Of a stretch of DNA of 64,000 bases, positions 53,423 through 63,090 are shown in pieces (position 1 is the stretch's first letter; every line of letters starts with the position of its first letter). Position numbers and translations under genes: made by a program. The stretch spans positions 3,584,149 to 3,648,148 of the forward strand of contig JBFWNU010000001.1 in assembly GCA_050250895.1 (NCBI GenBank), read 5' to 3'. This stretch comes from Vulcanimicrobiota bacterium. Lineage in GTDB: Bacteria; Vulcanimicrobiota; Xenobia; Xenobiales; JADMJV01. The notes under the pieces are model-generated. The model had not been told where the DNA came from, searched no databases, and was given only the letters and a program-made list of their open reading frames with translations.

Positions 53423-56008
53423 ATGGTGCGAAACCAGACCTCTGATTTCACCCTGTCGGTGGCGCTGGCGGTCTCTCCTACTGCTGTCGAGCCTCTGCTG
53501 ACACTACTTCGGCGCTGGCCCGTCGACAACAGGGTCCAACTTCTGCTCCATGGTCTCCCCTGGGATCCCGAACCCAGCACTCCCTGGCCGGTACGCTACC
53601 TGAACGCGCCGGTCCGACCCCTCGGGGGACACCTTTACCTGGCCCATCCCGAACAGCCAGTTCGGTTCGAGAACGGCGTGACGCTCATGTTGGGCGAACC
53701 GGTGGGAATGCCGGTCGACACCCTGTTCGCTTCTCTGCCGGGCCGTCAGACGTTGGCCTGCGTCATTGGCGATCTCGGCATCGATGGCCACGAGGGCCTC
53801 AAAGCTTTACGCCGTCGAGGCGGGGTGATCGTCGCCTGCGATGGCGGCAAGAGAGTCCATCCCGCCATCCGACAACTGGTGGATCGGATGATCTCCATCG
53901 AGCAGCTACCGGGCCTGCTCCAACAACTTCTCTTCGAGAAGGAGAGCACCGAGGATATGGCCAGAGTGCGGGCAGCCGGGCCGTGTTCGACCGTGGTCGC
54001 GGACGATCTGTTCGGTCGCGTTTTGTGGCGTCGGCGAGCTCTGGCTGGCGGCCTTTCGGTTCCTGAATACATCGCTCTCTTGGAGGGCCCCTCCGAGCGT
54101 GAAGAGCTGAGTCTCGAGCTGGAACGGACACCGGGTCGGTTTTGGCGTCACCCCCAGCCACTCGAGCGACTCGCCTCGGTCTTGAAGGACCGGTTTGCCC
54201 GCCAGGGGCCCGGCGAGTTCCGGGCCTGGGTGCCGCAATGCCACACCGGTGAGGACGCCTACGCTGTGGCCACCATCCTTCGAGAAGCACTCGACCAGAC
54301 CGGACTGGCACAGGTCCCCTTACGGGTCTTCGGCACCGACCTTGATCCCCGGGACCTGACCCGAGCTCGAAGCGGACGCTTGGAGGTCGAGCCAGACCTG
54401 ATCGAACAGCTACAGGTGTGCTTGCCCCACCTGGAGGGGGGAGCGCAGGGATGGCGGCTGGGGGGGCGACTGAGGGAATCCTGTGTATTCTCGGTTCATC
54501 ACCTGCTCGACGATCCTCCCTTTCGGCACCTCGACCTGCTGGCTCTACCCGGGTTGGCGAGTTGCGGTGAGACCCTGCAAGCTTTGTTGTTGCCCCTATT
54601 GCGATGGGCTCTCAAGTCCGACGGGCTCTTGTTCACCGGTGAGGCCAGCCCGGCCGAACTGGAACAGTTCATCGCCGTAGACGGTCGGGCCGGAATCTAC
54701 CGACCGCTGAGTCGCGATCGGCGCATTTCCTCGGTTCTTCCCCTCAAGTGGACCAGGGTGACCGCTGGAGGTCCGATGGTGGATGGCTCGACCACCGAGC
54801 ACCTGGATTGGGCCATCGAAGAACTCACCAGCGCCCGGGACCGCCAGGCTCGTCTCGACGAGAGCCTTCAACTGAGAGTGGGGCAGCTCAGACAGACGCG
54901 CCAGGACCTGCTCGCGGCCAACCAGCAACTAAAGCGTGAAGCCGAAGAAAAAGACCGCTTCATCGCAACTTTGGCCCACGAATTGCGCAATCCCCTGGCG
55001 CCTATCGTGAACTGCTTGCATCTCCTGGCCGAGGGGCACATCGAGGACCAGACGGAGTTTGTCGATATGCTGGGTTCTCAGGCCCGTCACCTCTCGCGAC
55101 TGGTGGATGACCTGCTCGATGTCTCTCGCATGCAGAGGGGGATCTTGCCTGTCGAGCTCGAGCCCCTGGAGCTGCGCTCGCTGGTGATTGAGGCTGTCCG
55201 TCTCTGGACCCTCAGTGGCCGTCGGCGCGGACCGGTCAGGCTGCAGGTGACCGAAGAGGAGTTGCCCGTGTTGGCCGACCAGGAACGCATCAAGCAGGTT
55301 CTCTATAACTTGCTCAACAACTCGGCTTCGCATAGCCCCAGTGAAAAGCCGATTGTGGTTAGCTTGGAGATGGACGACCGCGAAGCGGTGCTGTCGGTGA
55401 TAGACTACGGAAGCGGTATCCCCCAGGCGATGATCGACAAGATCTTCGAACCGTTCGTGCAAGCCGAAAAAGGCCGCGACCGAGCGCTGGGAGGACTGGG
55501 AATCGGCTTGTCGTTGGTCAAAGCCATCGTCGAGCGCCACCAGGGAACCATCGCTGCCGAAAGCCCTGGCGAAGGTCTGGGGACCACCATGACCTTGCGT
55601 CTGCCGGTCCGCGACTTCAGCCTGCCCCAAAAGCAAGAGCAAGAGGTCGTTGTCGGCCATCGGACGCACCGGGTGTTGCTGGTCGAGGACAACCCGATCG
55701 TGGCCCGTTCTACCATCATGATGCTTCGATCTTGGGGCCACGAGGTTTGTCACGCCCGCGATGGGGAAAGCGCGTTGGTCCGAGCCAGAGAGTTTCTTCC
55801 GACCGCTGCTATTCTCGATATCGGCTTGCCAGGCCGAGATGGCTATCAAGTCCTCGAGGATCTGTTGACCATCGATGATGTCGAGTTCGAGACGACGGTG
55901 GCCTTGAGCGGCTATGAGGCCAGAAGCGATCCACGCTGCCAACTGTTCGACCATTACATGACCAAGCCCGCCAAGCTGGAAGTGTTGCGCGCGATCCTGG
56001 CGCGTTAG
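53423..56008 (+). CDS. Hybrid sensor histidine kinase/response regulator with degenerate CheB- and CheR-like N-terminus
   Basis: RAWVPQCHTGEDAY, HHLLDDPPF, FIATLAHELRNPL, NLLNNS, DYGSGI, GGLGIGL, receiver VEDN...LDIGLP...TKP. Confidence 0.92.
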   Translation: MVRNQTSDFTLSVALAVSPTAVEPLLTLLRRWPVDNRVQLLLHGLPWDPEPSTPWPVRYLNAPVRPLGGHLYLAHPEQPVRFENGVTLMLGEPVGMPVDTLFASLPGRQTLACVIGDLGIDGHEGLKALRRRGGVIVACDGGKRVHPAIRQLVDRMISIEQLPGLLQQLLFEKESTEDMARVRAAGPCSTVVADDLFGRVLWRRRALAGGLSVPEYIALLEGPSEREELSLELERTPGRFWRHPQPLERLASVLKDRFARQGPGEFRAWVPQCHTGEDAYAVATILREALDQTGLAQVPLRVFGTDLDPRDLTRARSGRLEVEPDLIEQLQVCLPHLEGGAQGWRLGGRLRESCVFSVHHLLDDPPFRHLDLLALPGLASCGETLQALLLPLLRWALKSDGLLFTGEASPAELEQFIAVDGRAGIYRPLSRDRRISSVLPLKWTRVTAGGPMVDGSTTEHLDWAIEELTSARDRQARLDESLQLRVGQLRQTRQDLLAANQQLKREAEEKDRFIATLAHELRNPLAPIVNCLHLLAEGHIEDQTEFVDMLGSQARHLSRLVDDLLDVSRMQRGILPVELEPLELRSLVIEAVRLWTLSGRRRGPVRLQVTEEELPVLADQERIKQVLYNLLNNSASHSPSEKPIVVSLEMDDREAVLSVIDYGSGIPQAMIDKIFEPFVQAEKGRDRALGGLGIGLSLVKAIVERHQGTIAAESPGEGLGTTMTLRLPVRDFSLPQKQEQEVVVGHRTHRVLLVEDNPIVARSTIMMLRSWGHEVCHARDGESALVRAREFLPTAAILDIGLPGRDGYQVLEDLLTIDDVEFETTVALSGYEARSDPRCQLFDHYMTKPAKLEVLRAILAR

Positions 56009-56138
56009 GTAGTGGCCGAATGACCATCCTCCCCCGGATGGGCACCTCGCACCCCTCGGGCGGGCGCTTGACTCTGAGAGGCGGGCTATGGTGGTGAGAG
56101 TACGACCTCAGCGTCGAAACCACTAAGGAGAAAACATC

Positions 56139-56534
56139 ATGAAATCTAACCCTCAAACCGAAACCCGTTGGGACAAGGTGCGCGAAGGATTCCGTCGCGA
56201 CTGGGAGCAGACCCGCAACGACTTTGGCTCGGACCGGGCCCGGGACCTGGACCAGGATGTCAGCGACACGATGCGCCAAGCGTTCGGTAACGAGCCGATC
56301 CCGAAAGACGCGACTTTCGAACGCTACGAGCCAGCTTTTCGCTACGGACACGAAGCTCGTTCTCGCTACAACGAGGACTGGACTCCCGCAATTGGCAACC
56401 GACTCGAGCGCGACTATCAGGGCGATTGGCAGACCGACAGATCATACGTGAAGTACGGCTATCTCTACGGCCAGGGCAACCGCGGTCAGGCTGAAGCCAT
56501 GCGTGGTCAGGGTCAATCCCGTCCTCGGAGCTAG
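56139..56534 (+). CDS. Hypothetical protein (Trp/Tyr/Arg-rich)
   Basis: AAGGAG SD; WDKVREGFRRDWEQT, YEPAFRYG. Confidence 0.8.
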   Translation: MKSNPQTETRWDKVREGFRRDWEQTRNDFGSDRARDLDQDVSDTMRQAFGNEPIPKDATFERYEPAFRYGHEARSRYNEDWTPAIGNRLERDYQGDWQTDRSYVKYGYLYGQGNRGQAEAMRGQGQSRPRS

Positions 56535-56567
56535 GAATTATCGCAAACCCGATAGATACATTCGTAG

Positions 56568-56595
56568 GGGCCCTCCGCCTGGGGGGCCCTTTCTC
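56568..56595 (+). terminator. Probable terminator between convergent genes
   Basis: GGGCCCTCC-GCCT-GGGGGGCCC followed by TTTCTC. Confidence 0.6.
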
Positions 56596-56604
56596 GTCGT
56601 TCGT

Positions 56605-58026
56605 CTAGAGCACGAGATCGGTCAAGCAGTTGCTCCATTCGAGAAGGCACGAGGGGAAGAGCCCGAGCAACAGGGTCGCCAGCGTGCAGGCCCCACAGGC
56701 CAATTGATGACCAATCCCCGTGTGGATGGGTATCGGCAGAGTCGGCTGGTCGGTCAGATAGACTCGGGACAGCACCCGCAGGTAGTAATACAGGCCGATG
56801 GCCATGTTGATGACGGCTACCACAGCCAGGCTGTCGTAGCCGCCGGCCATGGCCGCCCGCAACAGAAAGACCTTGCCGGCGAAGCCAGCCAGAGGGGGGA
56901 TGCCAGCCAGCGAAAGCAGAGCGATGGCCAGCACGGCGGCCGCTGCCGGGCTGTTCCAGGCCGCGCCCTCGAGGACTTCGAGGTCAGCCTTGCCGAAGCA
57001 TCGTTCCCAGCGCCCGACAATTGCAAAGGCAGCCAGGTTCATGAGTAGATAGGCGCCCAGATAGTAGCCCACGGCCTGGTTGTCGAGCACGACCACCCCC
57101 ATCAGGATATAGCCGGCCTGGGCGATGCTCGAATAGGCGAGCAGCCGTTTGAGGCTGGTCTGTCGCAAAGCTGCCAGATTGCCCCAGGTCATGGTCAGGC
57201 CGGCCATGACCGCCAGGGCCACTGGCCAGCCGGGCTGGTGGCGCAGAGCTAGTTCGAGAAACCGTATCAGTCCGGCAAAGCCAGCCAGTTTCGGCAGCAC
57301 CGACAGAAATCCGGCTACGGGAGCAGTAGCGCCAGCATAGACATCCGGCGCCCAGAAGTGAAACGGCACCAGGGTGGCTTCGAAGGCATAGCCGACCGTC
57401 ACCAGAGCTACGGCCAGCACCACCCAGATCGGTTCGATTTGTCCGGCCCAGAGAACGGTCCCGATGGTGACCAGATTGAGGCTGCCGGTCAGACCATAGA
57501 GGAAGGTCAACCCGTAGGCCATAATGGCCAGCGCCACGGCCGAGTAGATGAACAACTTGTAGGTAGCCTCGTTGCCGGCCCGACTAGTGCGCTCCAGGGC
57601 CACCATAAGATAAGACGCCATCGCTAATAGCTGAAGGAAGAGGACAATCAGGCCGAGGTCCACGCTGGCCGCCAGTCCGACCCCGCCAAGAGTGGCCATG
57701 ACCAGAGCCACCGGTGCGTGCGGGTGCGGGTGGCGGCCCGAGAAGTACGAATCCATCAGAGCCAGCGAAATCAAGGCCGCGCCGGTGAGTAACACCTTGA
57801 ATCCAATGGCTAGCCCGTCGACGGCATAGGTTCCGCAGAACACCTGTCGCGAAGGCTGGCCCACCATGACCAGGCTGGTCGCCATGGCCGCCGTCAAACC
57901 CGCGGCTGCGACCCAGGTGGGCAAAGCCCGTCTCTGCTTGGTCCAACCGGCTAGCGGTACCAGCATCAGGGCGGTGGTGGCCAGAATCAATTCGGGCACG
58001 ATGGTGCCCAGGTTCATACAGCTCAT
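56605..58026 (-). CDS. nuoN: NADH-quinone oxidoreductase subunit N-like antiporter module
   Basis: PELIL, LYGLTGS, VPFHFWAPDVYAGA, KRLLAYSSIAQAGY, LSLAGIPPLAGFAGK, YYYLR. Confidence 0.92.
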   Translation of the reverse strand: MSCMNLGTIVPELILATTALMLVPLAGWTKQRRALPTWVAAAGLTAAMATSLVMVGQPSRQVFCGTYAVDGLAIGFKVLLTGAALISLALMDSYFSGRHPHPHAPVALVMATLGGVGLAASVDLGLIVLFLQLLAMASYLMVALERTSRAGNEATYKLFIYSAVALAIMAYGLTFLYGLTGSLNLVTIGTVLWAGQIEPIWVVLAVALVTVGYAFEATLVPFHFWAPDVYAGATAPVAGFLSVLPKLAGFAGLIRFLELALRHQPGWPVALAVMAGLTMTWGNLAALRQTSLKRLLAYSSIAQAGYILMGVVVLDNQAVGYYLGAYLLMNLAAFAIVGRWERCFGKADLEVLEGAAWNSPAAAAVLAIALLSLAGIPPLAGFAGKVFLLRAAMAGGYDSLAVVAVINMAIGLYYYLRVLSRVYLTDQPTLPIPIHTGIGHQLACGACTLATLLLGLFPSCLLEWSNCLTDLVL

Positions 58027-59465
58027 CCGCCAGCCCCGCCGATCAGGCCCAGCCAGGTGGCCGGAAGCAGTCCGATCCAGAGTGAGAGAAGCAGTAGCGG
58101 AGCCAGGGTGGCCCACTCCAGGGGCCGGGGCGCGGCGATGGCTCTTTCCGACTCGGGTTCCTGCAAAAGCAGGGTGACTACCACCTTCAGGTATAGACCG
58201 GTGGCCAGCAACAGGCCCAGGGCGCCCAGGCAGGCCGCTGCGGGATTGACGGCCAGGGTGGCTGCCAGCACCTGGAACTCGGCAATGAATCCTGACAGGC
58301 CGGGCAGGCCAAGCGAACCAAAGGCGAGCAAAGCGGTCAGGCCTCCCCAGCCCGAGCGTCCCCGCAGAAGACCGGCCAGCTCGGACAATTCGCGGGTGCC
58401 GGTGCGCTCTCTTAGCATGCCCACCAAAAAGAACATGCCTCCCGTCAAAAGGCCATGGCTGAAGGTCTGCAGGACAGCCCCGTTGCGAGCCAGGGTCTGC
58501 ACCGCCGGGTCGGGGCTCAAAGCGGCTGCCGAAACTCCCATCAAGACGAAGGCCATATGCCCGATCGAGCTATAGGCTACCAGGCGTTTGAGGTCGGTCT
58601 GTCCCAGGGCCGCCAGAATGCCGTAGAGTAGAGACCCCACGCTCAGATACAGCAGGGCCAGGGCCCAGCTTCGCAAAGCCGCGGCCACCGTGGGCAAGAT
58701 CACCAGCATGCCGTAGGCCCCCAGCTTGAGTTGCAAGCCGGCCAGCACCACGCTGCCTTCGGTCGGAGCCTCGACGTGAGCGTCGGGCAACCAGTTATGA
58801 AGAGGTAGGATGGGCAGCTTCACACCAAATCCCACCATCAATCCGAGCAACACCACAGCGGCTCTGGCGGGGTGGTCAGCCAGGGGTTGAGCCGCCACGA
58901 TGGCGTCAAGCGAAAAGCTGCCCACCGGCAGCGCCAGGGCGAGCAACGAGAGTAGCATGGCCAGACTGCCGGCTCTGGTGTAGAGAAAGAACTTCAGGGC
59001 CGCATAGCGTCGCTGGCTGTGTCCGAAGATGCCGATGACGAAGTACATCGGCACCAGGGCCACCTCGAAGAAGAGATAGAACAGCAGCAGGTCGCGGGCA
59101 CAAAAGACGCCGAGTAGACCGGTTTCCATCAAGAGGAAGAGAGCAGCGTGGGTGCGAGCCCGCTCCGGTTGGCGGTCCAGTCTATAATTGATGACCAGCA
59201 CCATTAATAACGTGGTGAGCAGGACCAGGGCCAGGGAGATGCCCGACAGGGCCACATCGTAACGCGCCCCCACGGCCGGGATCCATTCGAGGGTCTGGCG
59301 CCACTGCAGACCCTGACCTCGGGTCTGGTACCCTCCCAGGAGGATCAGGCTCAGAGCGGCTGTCAGGACGGTGCCCAGCAGGGCGAGCCACCGGGCCGCA
59401 CGCTCCGGAAAGGCGAGCACCAGCAGGGCCGCCAGCAGCGGCAGAAAGATCGTCAGACTCAACAT
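58023..59465 (-). CDS. nuoM: NADH-quinone oxidoreductase subunit M
   Basis: FFEVALVPMYF, KFFLYT, VKLPILPLHNWLPDAHVEAPT, DLKRLVAYSS, GLPGLSGFIAEF. Confidence 0.95.
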   Translation of the reverse strand: MLSLTIFLPLLAALLVLAFPERAARWLALLGTVLTAALSLILLGGYQTRGQGLQWRQTLEWIPAVGARYDVALSGISLALVLLTTLLMVLVINYRLDRQPERARTHAALFLLMETGLLGVFCARDLLLFYLFFEVALVPMYFVIGIFGHSQRRYAALKFFLYTRAGSLAMLLSLLALALPVGSFSLDAIVAAQPLADHPARAAVVLLGLMVGFGVKLPILPLHNWLPDAHVEAPTEGSVVLAGLQLKLGAYGMLVILPTVAAALRSWALALLYLSVGSLLYGILAALGQTDLKRLVAYSSIGHMAFVLMGVSAAALSPDPAVQTLARNGAVLQTFSHGLLTGGMFFLVGMLRERTGTRELSELAGLLRGRSGWGGLTALLAFGSLGLPGLSGFIAEFQVLAATLAVNPAAACLGALGLLLATGLYLKVVVTLLLQEPESERAIAAPRPLEWATLAPLLLLSLWIGLLPATWLGLIGGAGG

Positions 59466-59478
59466 CGATAAACTCCTC

Positions 59479-61245
59479 TCATAACCAGAAAGTCGCTCCC
59501 AGCACGGCCGCTAGGGTCCAGGCGAATAGCCCGGCCACATAGAGATATAGCTTGCCGTTCTGGAGCTGACCCAGGCCCTTTCCGGCCACCGCCAACTCGA
59601 AGGCACCGCGGTCTACCCAGTGGCGCCACAATCGGCCGTCCACCGCCCCGGCAAATTTGGCCGTGCCGAGGGTGAGTCGGCCCAGCAGACGGCTGGTGCC
59701 GTCGAAAGCTTTCTCTGTCCCGACCTCGAAATAGCCGCCAGACTGTACCTTGCGGGCGGTCCAGACGGCGGTCTCGGCCAGAATGTGCTCGCACCAACCG
59801 GCCGCTCGGGCCAACATCGTGGCCGCTCTGGCCGTGCCCCCGGCAGCCTGTTGAAGGCCGGTGGCCAACCAGCCAAAAGGTTGAGGGGCCGCCCCCAGCC
59901 CGGCCCCTCCGACCAGCCCGGCTAGACCGCAGGCCGGGCCCGCGAGCTTGAGCCACAAAGGGGTGGGGGGATGGCCGGCGATGGCCGGGCCGAGGCCGGT
60001 GGCGGCCGCCGCCAGGATCAGGGCGGGAAGACTGCGCCCCAGGCCCGGACTTTCGAAGGCTCTCGAGCCCTGGCTGAAGAGGGTTCCCAAAAGGCGGCCC
60101 ATGTAGACACCGGCCAGCAGGATCAGCAACAGCATCAAGCCCGGCCAGGGCGCGCCCTGGCGGTGAGCCAGCGCGAGGATGCGGTCTTCGCTGAAATAGC
60201 CTGAGAGAGGGAAGATTCCGGCCAGGGCCAGCCCGGCTAACAGCATGGCTACGCCGACCATGGGCAGGCGTCGCCCCGCGCCGGCCAGCTTGCCCAGGGA
60301 GCGGGTACCCCCGGCGTGCTCCAGGCACCCGGCCCCTAAGAACAACGCCCCTTTGAAACTGCCGTGGGCCAGCAGGTGGGCGATTGCCGCGGCCGGGCCG
60401 GCCAGCCCCAGGGCCACCATCATCTCGCCTAGTTGGGAAACGGTCGACCAGGCCAGAATTGCCTTGAGATCGTCGGCCGAGGTGGCTGCCAGCGCCCCAA
60501 CCAGGGCTGTGGCCGCCCCCAGCACGGCCAGCGGCATCAGCAACTCGTCTAAAAGTGCAGAGAAGCGCACCAACAGATAGACTCCGGCCGTCACCATGGT
60601 GGCCGCATGCAGCAGGGCCGAGACAGGTGTCGGTGCAGCCATGGCTTTGGGTAGCCAGGAGGAGAAGGGCAGCTGAGCGCTCTTGCCCAGAGCTGCCAAC
60701 ACCAGCAGCCCGGCCAACAGGCGCGAACCGGGGGGGATGGCGGCCATCTCGGTGGTTTGGTACTGGACCAGCGCGTAGGCAAGGCCTAGCAGCAAGCACA
60801 GGTCGGTGGCCCGGGTCATCAGCAGGGCCTGGCGAGCGGCCGCGGCCGAACCGTAGCCGATCAGCATGAACGACGCGAGCCCGACTGCCTCCCAGGCGAA
60901 AAAGAGCAGCACCGTCGAGCCTGAGAGAAAGAGCAGCGCCATGGCCCCCACAAAGAAGGATAACCAGCCGTAGAATCCGCTGCTGCTATCGTCCTGGGCT
61001 GCGTACACGGCTACCAGCAGCGCCACTCCAAAGAGTAGCAGCAGCAGGCTGCGGGCCAGGGGGTCTAAGGTCAGGATCAGTTCCAGGTCGAATCCCGACA
61101 CCGAGAACCACAAAACCCTCCAATCGCTGTCGGGCAGAGCGGCCAGACCGAGCAGGGCCAGACCACTGGCCACCGGCAGGGCCCAGCGGTGGCGCACCAG
61201 GGCCGCCACCCAGGCCAGAGCTGGTAGAAGCCACAGGCTGGTCAT
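59479..61245 (-). CDS. nuoL: NADH-quinone oxidoreductase subunit L
   Basis: WEAVGLASFMLIGY, GKSAQLPFSSWLPKAMAAPTPVSALLHAATMV, STVSQLG, C-terminal QLQNGKLYLY; ATGA overlap with nuoK. Confidence 0.93.
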   Translation of the reverse strand: MTSLWLLPALAWVAALVRHRWALPVASGLALLGLAALPDSDWRVLWFSVSGFDLELILTLDPLARSLLLLLFGVALLVAVYAAQDDSSSGFYGWLSFFVGAMALLFLSGSTVLLFFAWEAVGLASFMLIGYGSAAAARQALLMTRATDLCLLLGLAYALVQYQTTEMAAIPPGSRLLAGLLVLAALGKSAQLPFSSWLPKAMAAPTPVSALLHAATMVTAGVYLLVRFSALLDELLMPLAVLGAATALVGALAATSADDLKAILAWSTVSQLGEMMVALGLAGPAAAIAHLLAHGSFKGALFLGAGCLEHAGGTRSLGKLAGAGRRLPMVGVAMLLAGLALAGIFPLSGYFSEDRILALAHRQGAPWPGLMLLLILLAGVYMGRLLGTLFSQGSRAFESPGLGRSLPALILAAAATGLGPAIAGHPPTPLWLKLAGPACGLAGLVGGAGLGAAPQPFGWLATGLQQAAGGTARAATMLARAAGWCEHILAETAVWTARKVQSGGYFEVGTEKAFDGTSRLLGRLTLGTAKFAGAVDGRLWRHWVDRGAFELAVAGKGLGQLQNGKLYLYVAGLFAWTLAAVLGATFWL

Positions 61246-61550
61246 CCCGATAGCTCCGAGAACTTGTCGATCTGCACGGTGCGTCGATTGCGATAGAACA
61301 ACATCATCAAAGCCAGTCCCACGCCCATTTCGACGGCTCCTACGGTGACGATGACGATGGTGAAGATCTGCCCTGAATAGTCGCCGGGATTGACCAATCT
61401 CCAGAAAGCGACCAGGTTGAGGCCGATGGCATTGAGCAAGACCTCGATACCCATCAAGATCATGACGGCGGTCCGCTGGGCTAGCACGGCGTACACGCCG
61501 ATACCGAACAGGATGGCCCCCACCACCAGATAAGCGGTCAAGGGGATCAT
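61242..61550 (-). CDS. nuoK: NADH-quinone oxidoreductase subunit K
   Basis: LFGIG, MGIEVLLNA, GQIF, AVEMGVGLAL. Confidence 0.95.
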   Translation of the reverse strand: MIPLTAYLVVGAILFGIGVYAVLAQRTAVMILMGIEVLLNAIGLNLVAFWRLVNPGDYSGQIFTIVIVTVGAVEMGVGLALMMLFYRNRRTVQIDKFSELSG

Positions 61551-62197
61551 GAGGTGATCTCCGGAGGCGGCTCGTCGACTGCCACATAAGCTTCTCGACT
61601 GGGGTCATCGGGATGGCTGGTGGGTCGAGCCGCGTAAACAGCGCCAAAGATGCCCGTGAGGATCAACAGCCCCGCACCTTCGAACCCGAGCATATACTTG
61701 CCCATCAGCAAGTTTCCCACTTGGCGAGGAGAGTCGAGGTCGGGCCGCTGATCGCGCACGGGGAAGGCGGGTTTCCAGAGGAGCAGGATCGTCAGGCCCA
61801 TCGCGCTCAACATCCCCATCCAGGCCGCTGGCTGCTTGATGGGCGTGGTCATGCTCATGTCCATATCCATATCTCCCTCGTGCTCGGACGGCTTGATTCC
61901 GAGACTGAAGAACCTTTCGACCGGGTTCATCTCCATGTCGGCCATCATCGCCCCTCCAGGGTCCCCCGAGAACAAGACCATGTAGAGGATCATCACCAGC
62001 ATCCCCCCGACGTACATCATGACCTGCAGCAGCGCCAGCAGGTCGGCCTGGAGAAGCACGAACAGGCCTGCCACGCCGATAAAGGAAGCCATTAGAAAGA
62101 TGCCGCTCCGAAACATGCTCATGGTCGTTGCCATGCCGAGGGCCCCGGCGATGCTAATCAGAGCGCAAACCACGAAGGCTACCCATTGGAACGTCAT
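61547..62197 (-). CDS. nuoJ: NADH-quinone oxidoreductase subunit J with Met-rich insertion
   Basis: AGLFVLLQADLLALLQVMMYVGG, VGNLLMGKYMLGFE...GAV; ATGA overlap. Confidence 0.9.
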   Translation of the reverse strand: MTFQWVAFVVCALISIAGALGMATTMSMFRSGIFLMASFIGVAGLFVLLQADLLALLQVMMYVGGMLVMILYMVLFSGDPGGAMMADMEMNPVERFFSLGIKPSEHEGDMDMDMSMTTPIKQPAAWMGMLSAMGLTILLLWKPAFPVRDQRPDLDSPRQVGNLLMGKYMLGFEGAGLLILTGIFGAVYAARPTSHPDDPSREAYVAVDEPPPEITS

Positions 62198-63090
62198 GCT
62201 GGACCCACTCCTAGTAGAATGAGGCCCCCTACCACCAGCACGTTGACCAGGCCGATGGGAGTGAGAACCTTCCAGGACAATTCCAGCATACGAGCCGTGC
62301 TCAGAGGTTGAAATTGGCGACCGAGCCAGACCATCAGGGCGGCCATGGCCAGAGTTTTGAGCACCATCCAGAGCCAGCCCGGCAGCACGGGGCCAAGCCA
62401 GCCGCCCAGAAAGAGGACGGCCCCCATGGCCGCAACCACGAATAACAGGCCCGCTAAGGAGAGCTTCCACATCAAGGCCTTCCAGCCCCCATAAAGGGGC
62501 AGCAGGCCGTGATCGATGGTGCCCGCCAAAGCTTCTTGAAACGGTGCCCGAAAGCATTGCATGAGTCCCGTGACCAGGTAAAGGGCAAACCCGATCGGCT
62601 GGAGTAGGAGGAAGGGAAGTTGGCGCTGAGCTTCTACGATGGCGACGGTCGAGAGACTTCGGGCCATCATGATGGCCCCGATATAGGCCAACCCCAGCGG
62701 AACGACATAGGCCACCAGTTGAGCGGTGGCCCGATAATAGACCTCGACCCCGTTCCTCTGATTGGTGCCCCAGCCGCCCAGGGAAAGACCCAGTACGAAG
62801 ATGTCCACCACCACCAGAAAATAGAACACGCCGATGGTCAAGTCGGCCACTACCAGGCCGGGTCCGAAGGGAATGACCACGGCTCCCAGAGCCACGGACA
62901 TCAGCGCTAGAATCGGGCCGGCGGGATACATCCAGCGGTCGGCCCTGTCCGGTTGCTGATCTGGAGAGAGTTGAATGGAGGTAGCCGGTCCAGGGTCGGC
63001 GTGGGCCGGCAGCAGGCGCGTTTCGAGCCACCCGCAGGCCAGTGCGCCGAGCGCCAGGACCAACAGGGCGGTGAGGGCGGGTCCGATCAC
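62194..63090 (-). CDS. nuoH: NADH-quinone oxidoreductase subunit H (divergent)
   Basis: PDRADRW...AVVIPFG, ADLTIGV, RATAQLVAY, SLSTVAIVEAQ, RAPF, LFLGGW, SWKVLTP; GTGA overlap. Confidence 0.88.
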   Translation of the reverse strand: MIGPALTALLVLALGALACGWLETRLLPAHADPGPATSIQLSPDQQPDRADRWMYPAGPILALMSVALGAVVIPFGPGLVVADLTIGVFYFLVVVDIFVLGLSLGGWGTNQRNGVEVYYRATAQLVAYVVPLGLAYIGAIMMARSLSTVAIVEAQRQLPFLLLQPIGFALYLVTGLMQCFRAPFQEALAGTIDHGLLPLYGGWKALMWKLSLAGLLFVVAAMGAVLFLGGWLGPVLPGWLWMVLKTLAMAALMVWLGRQFQPLSTARMLELSWKVLTPIGLVNVLVVGGLILLGVGPA

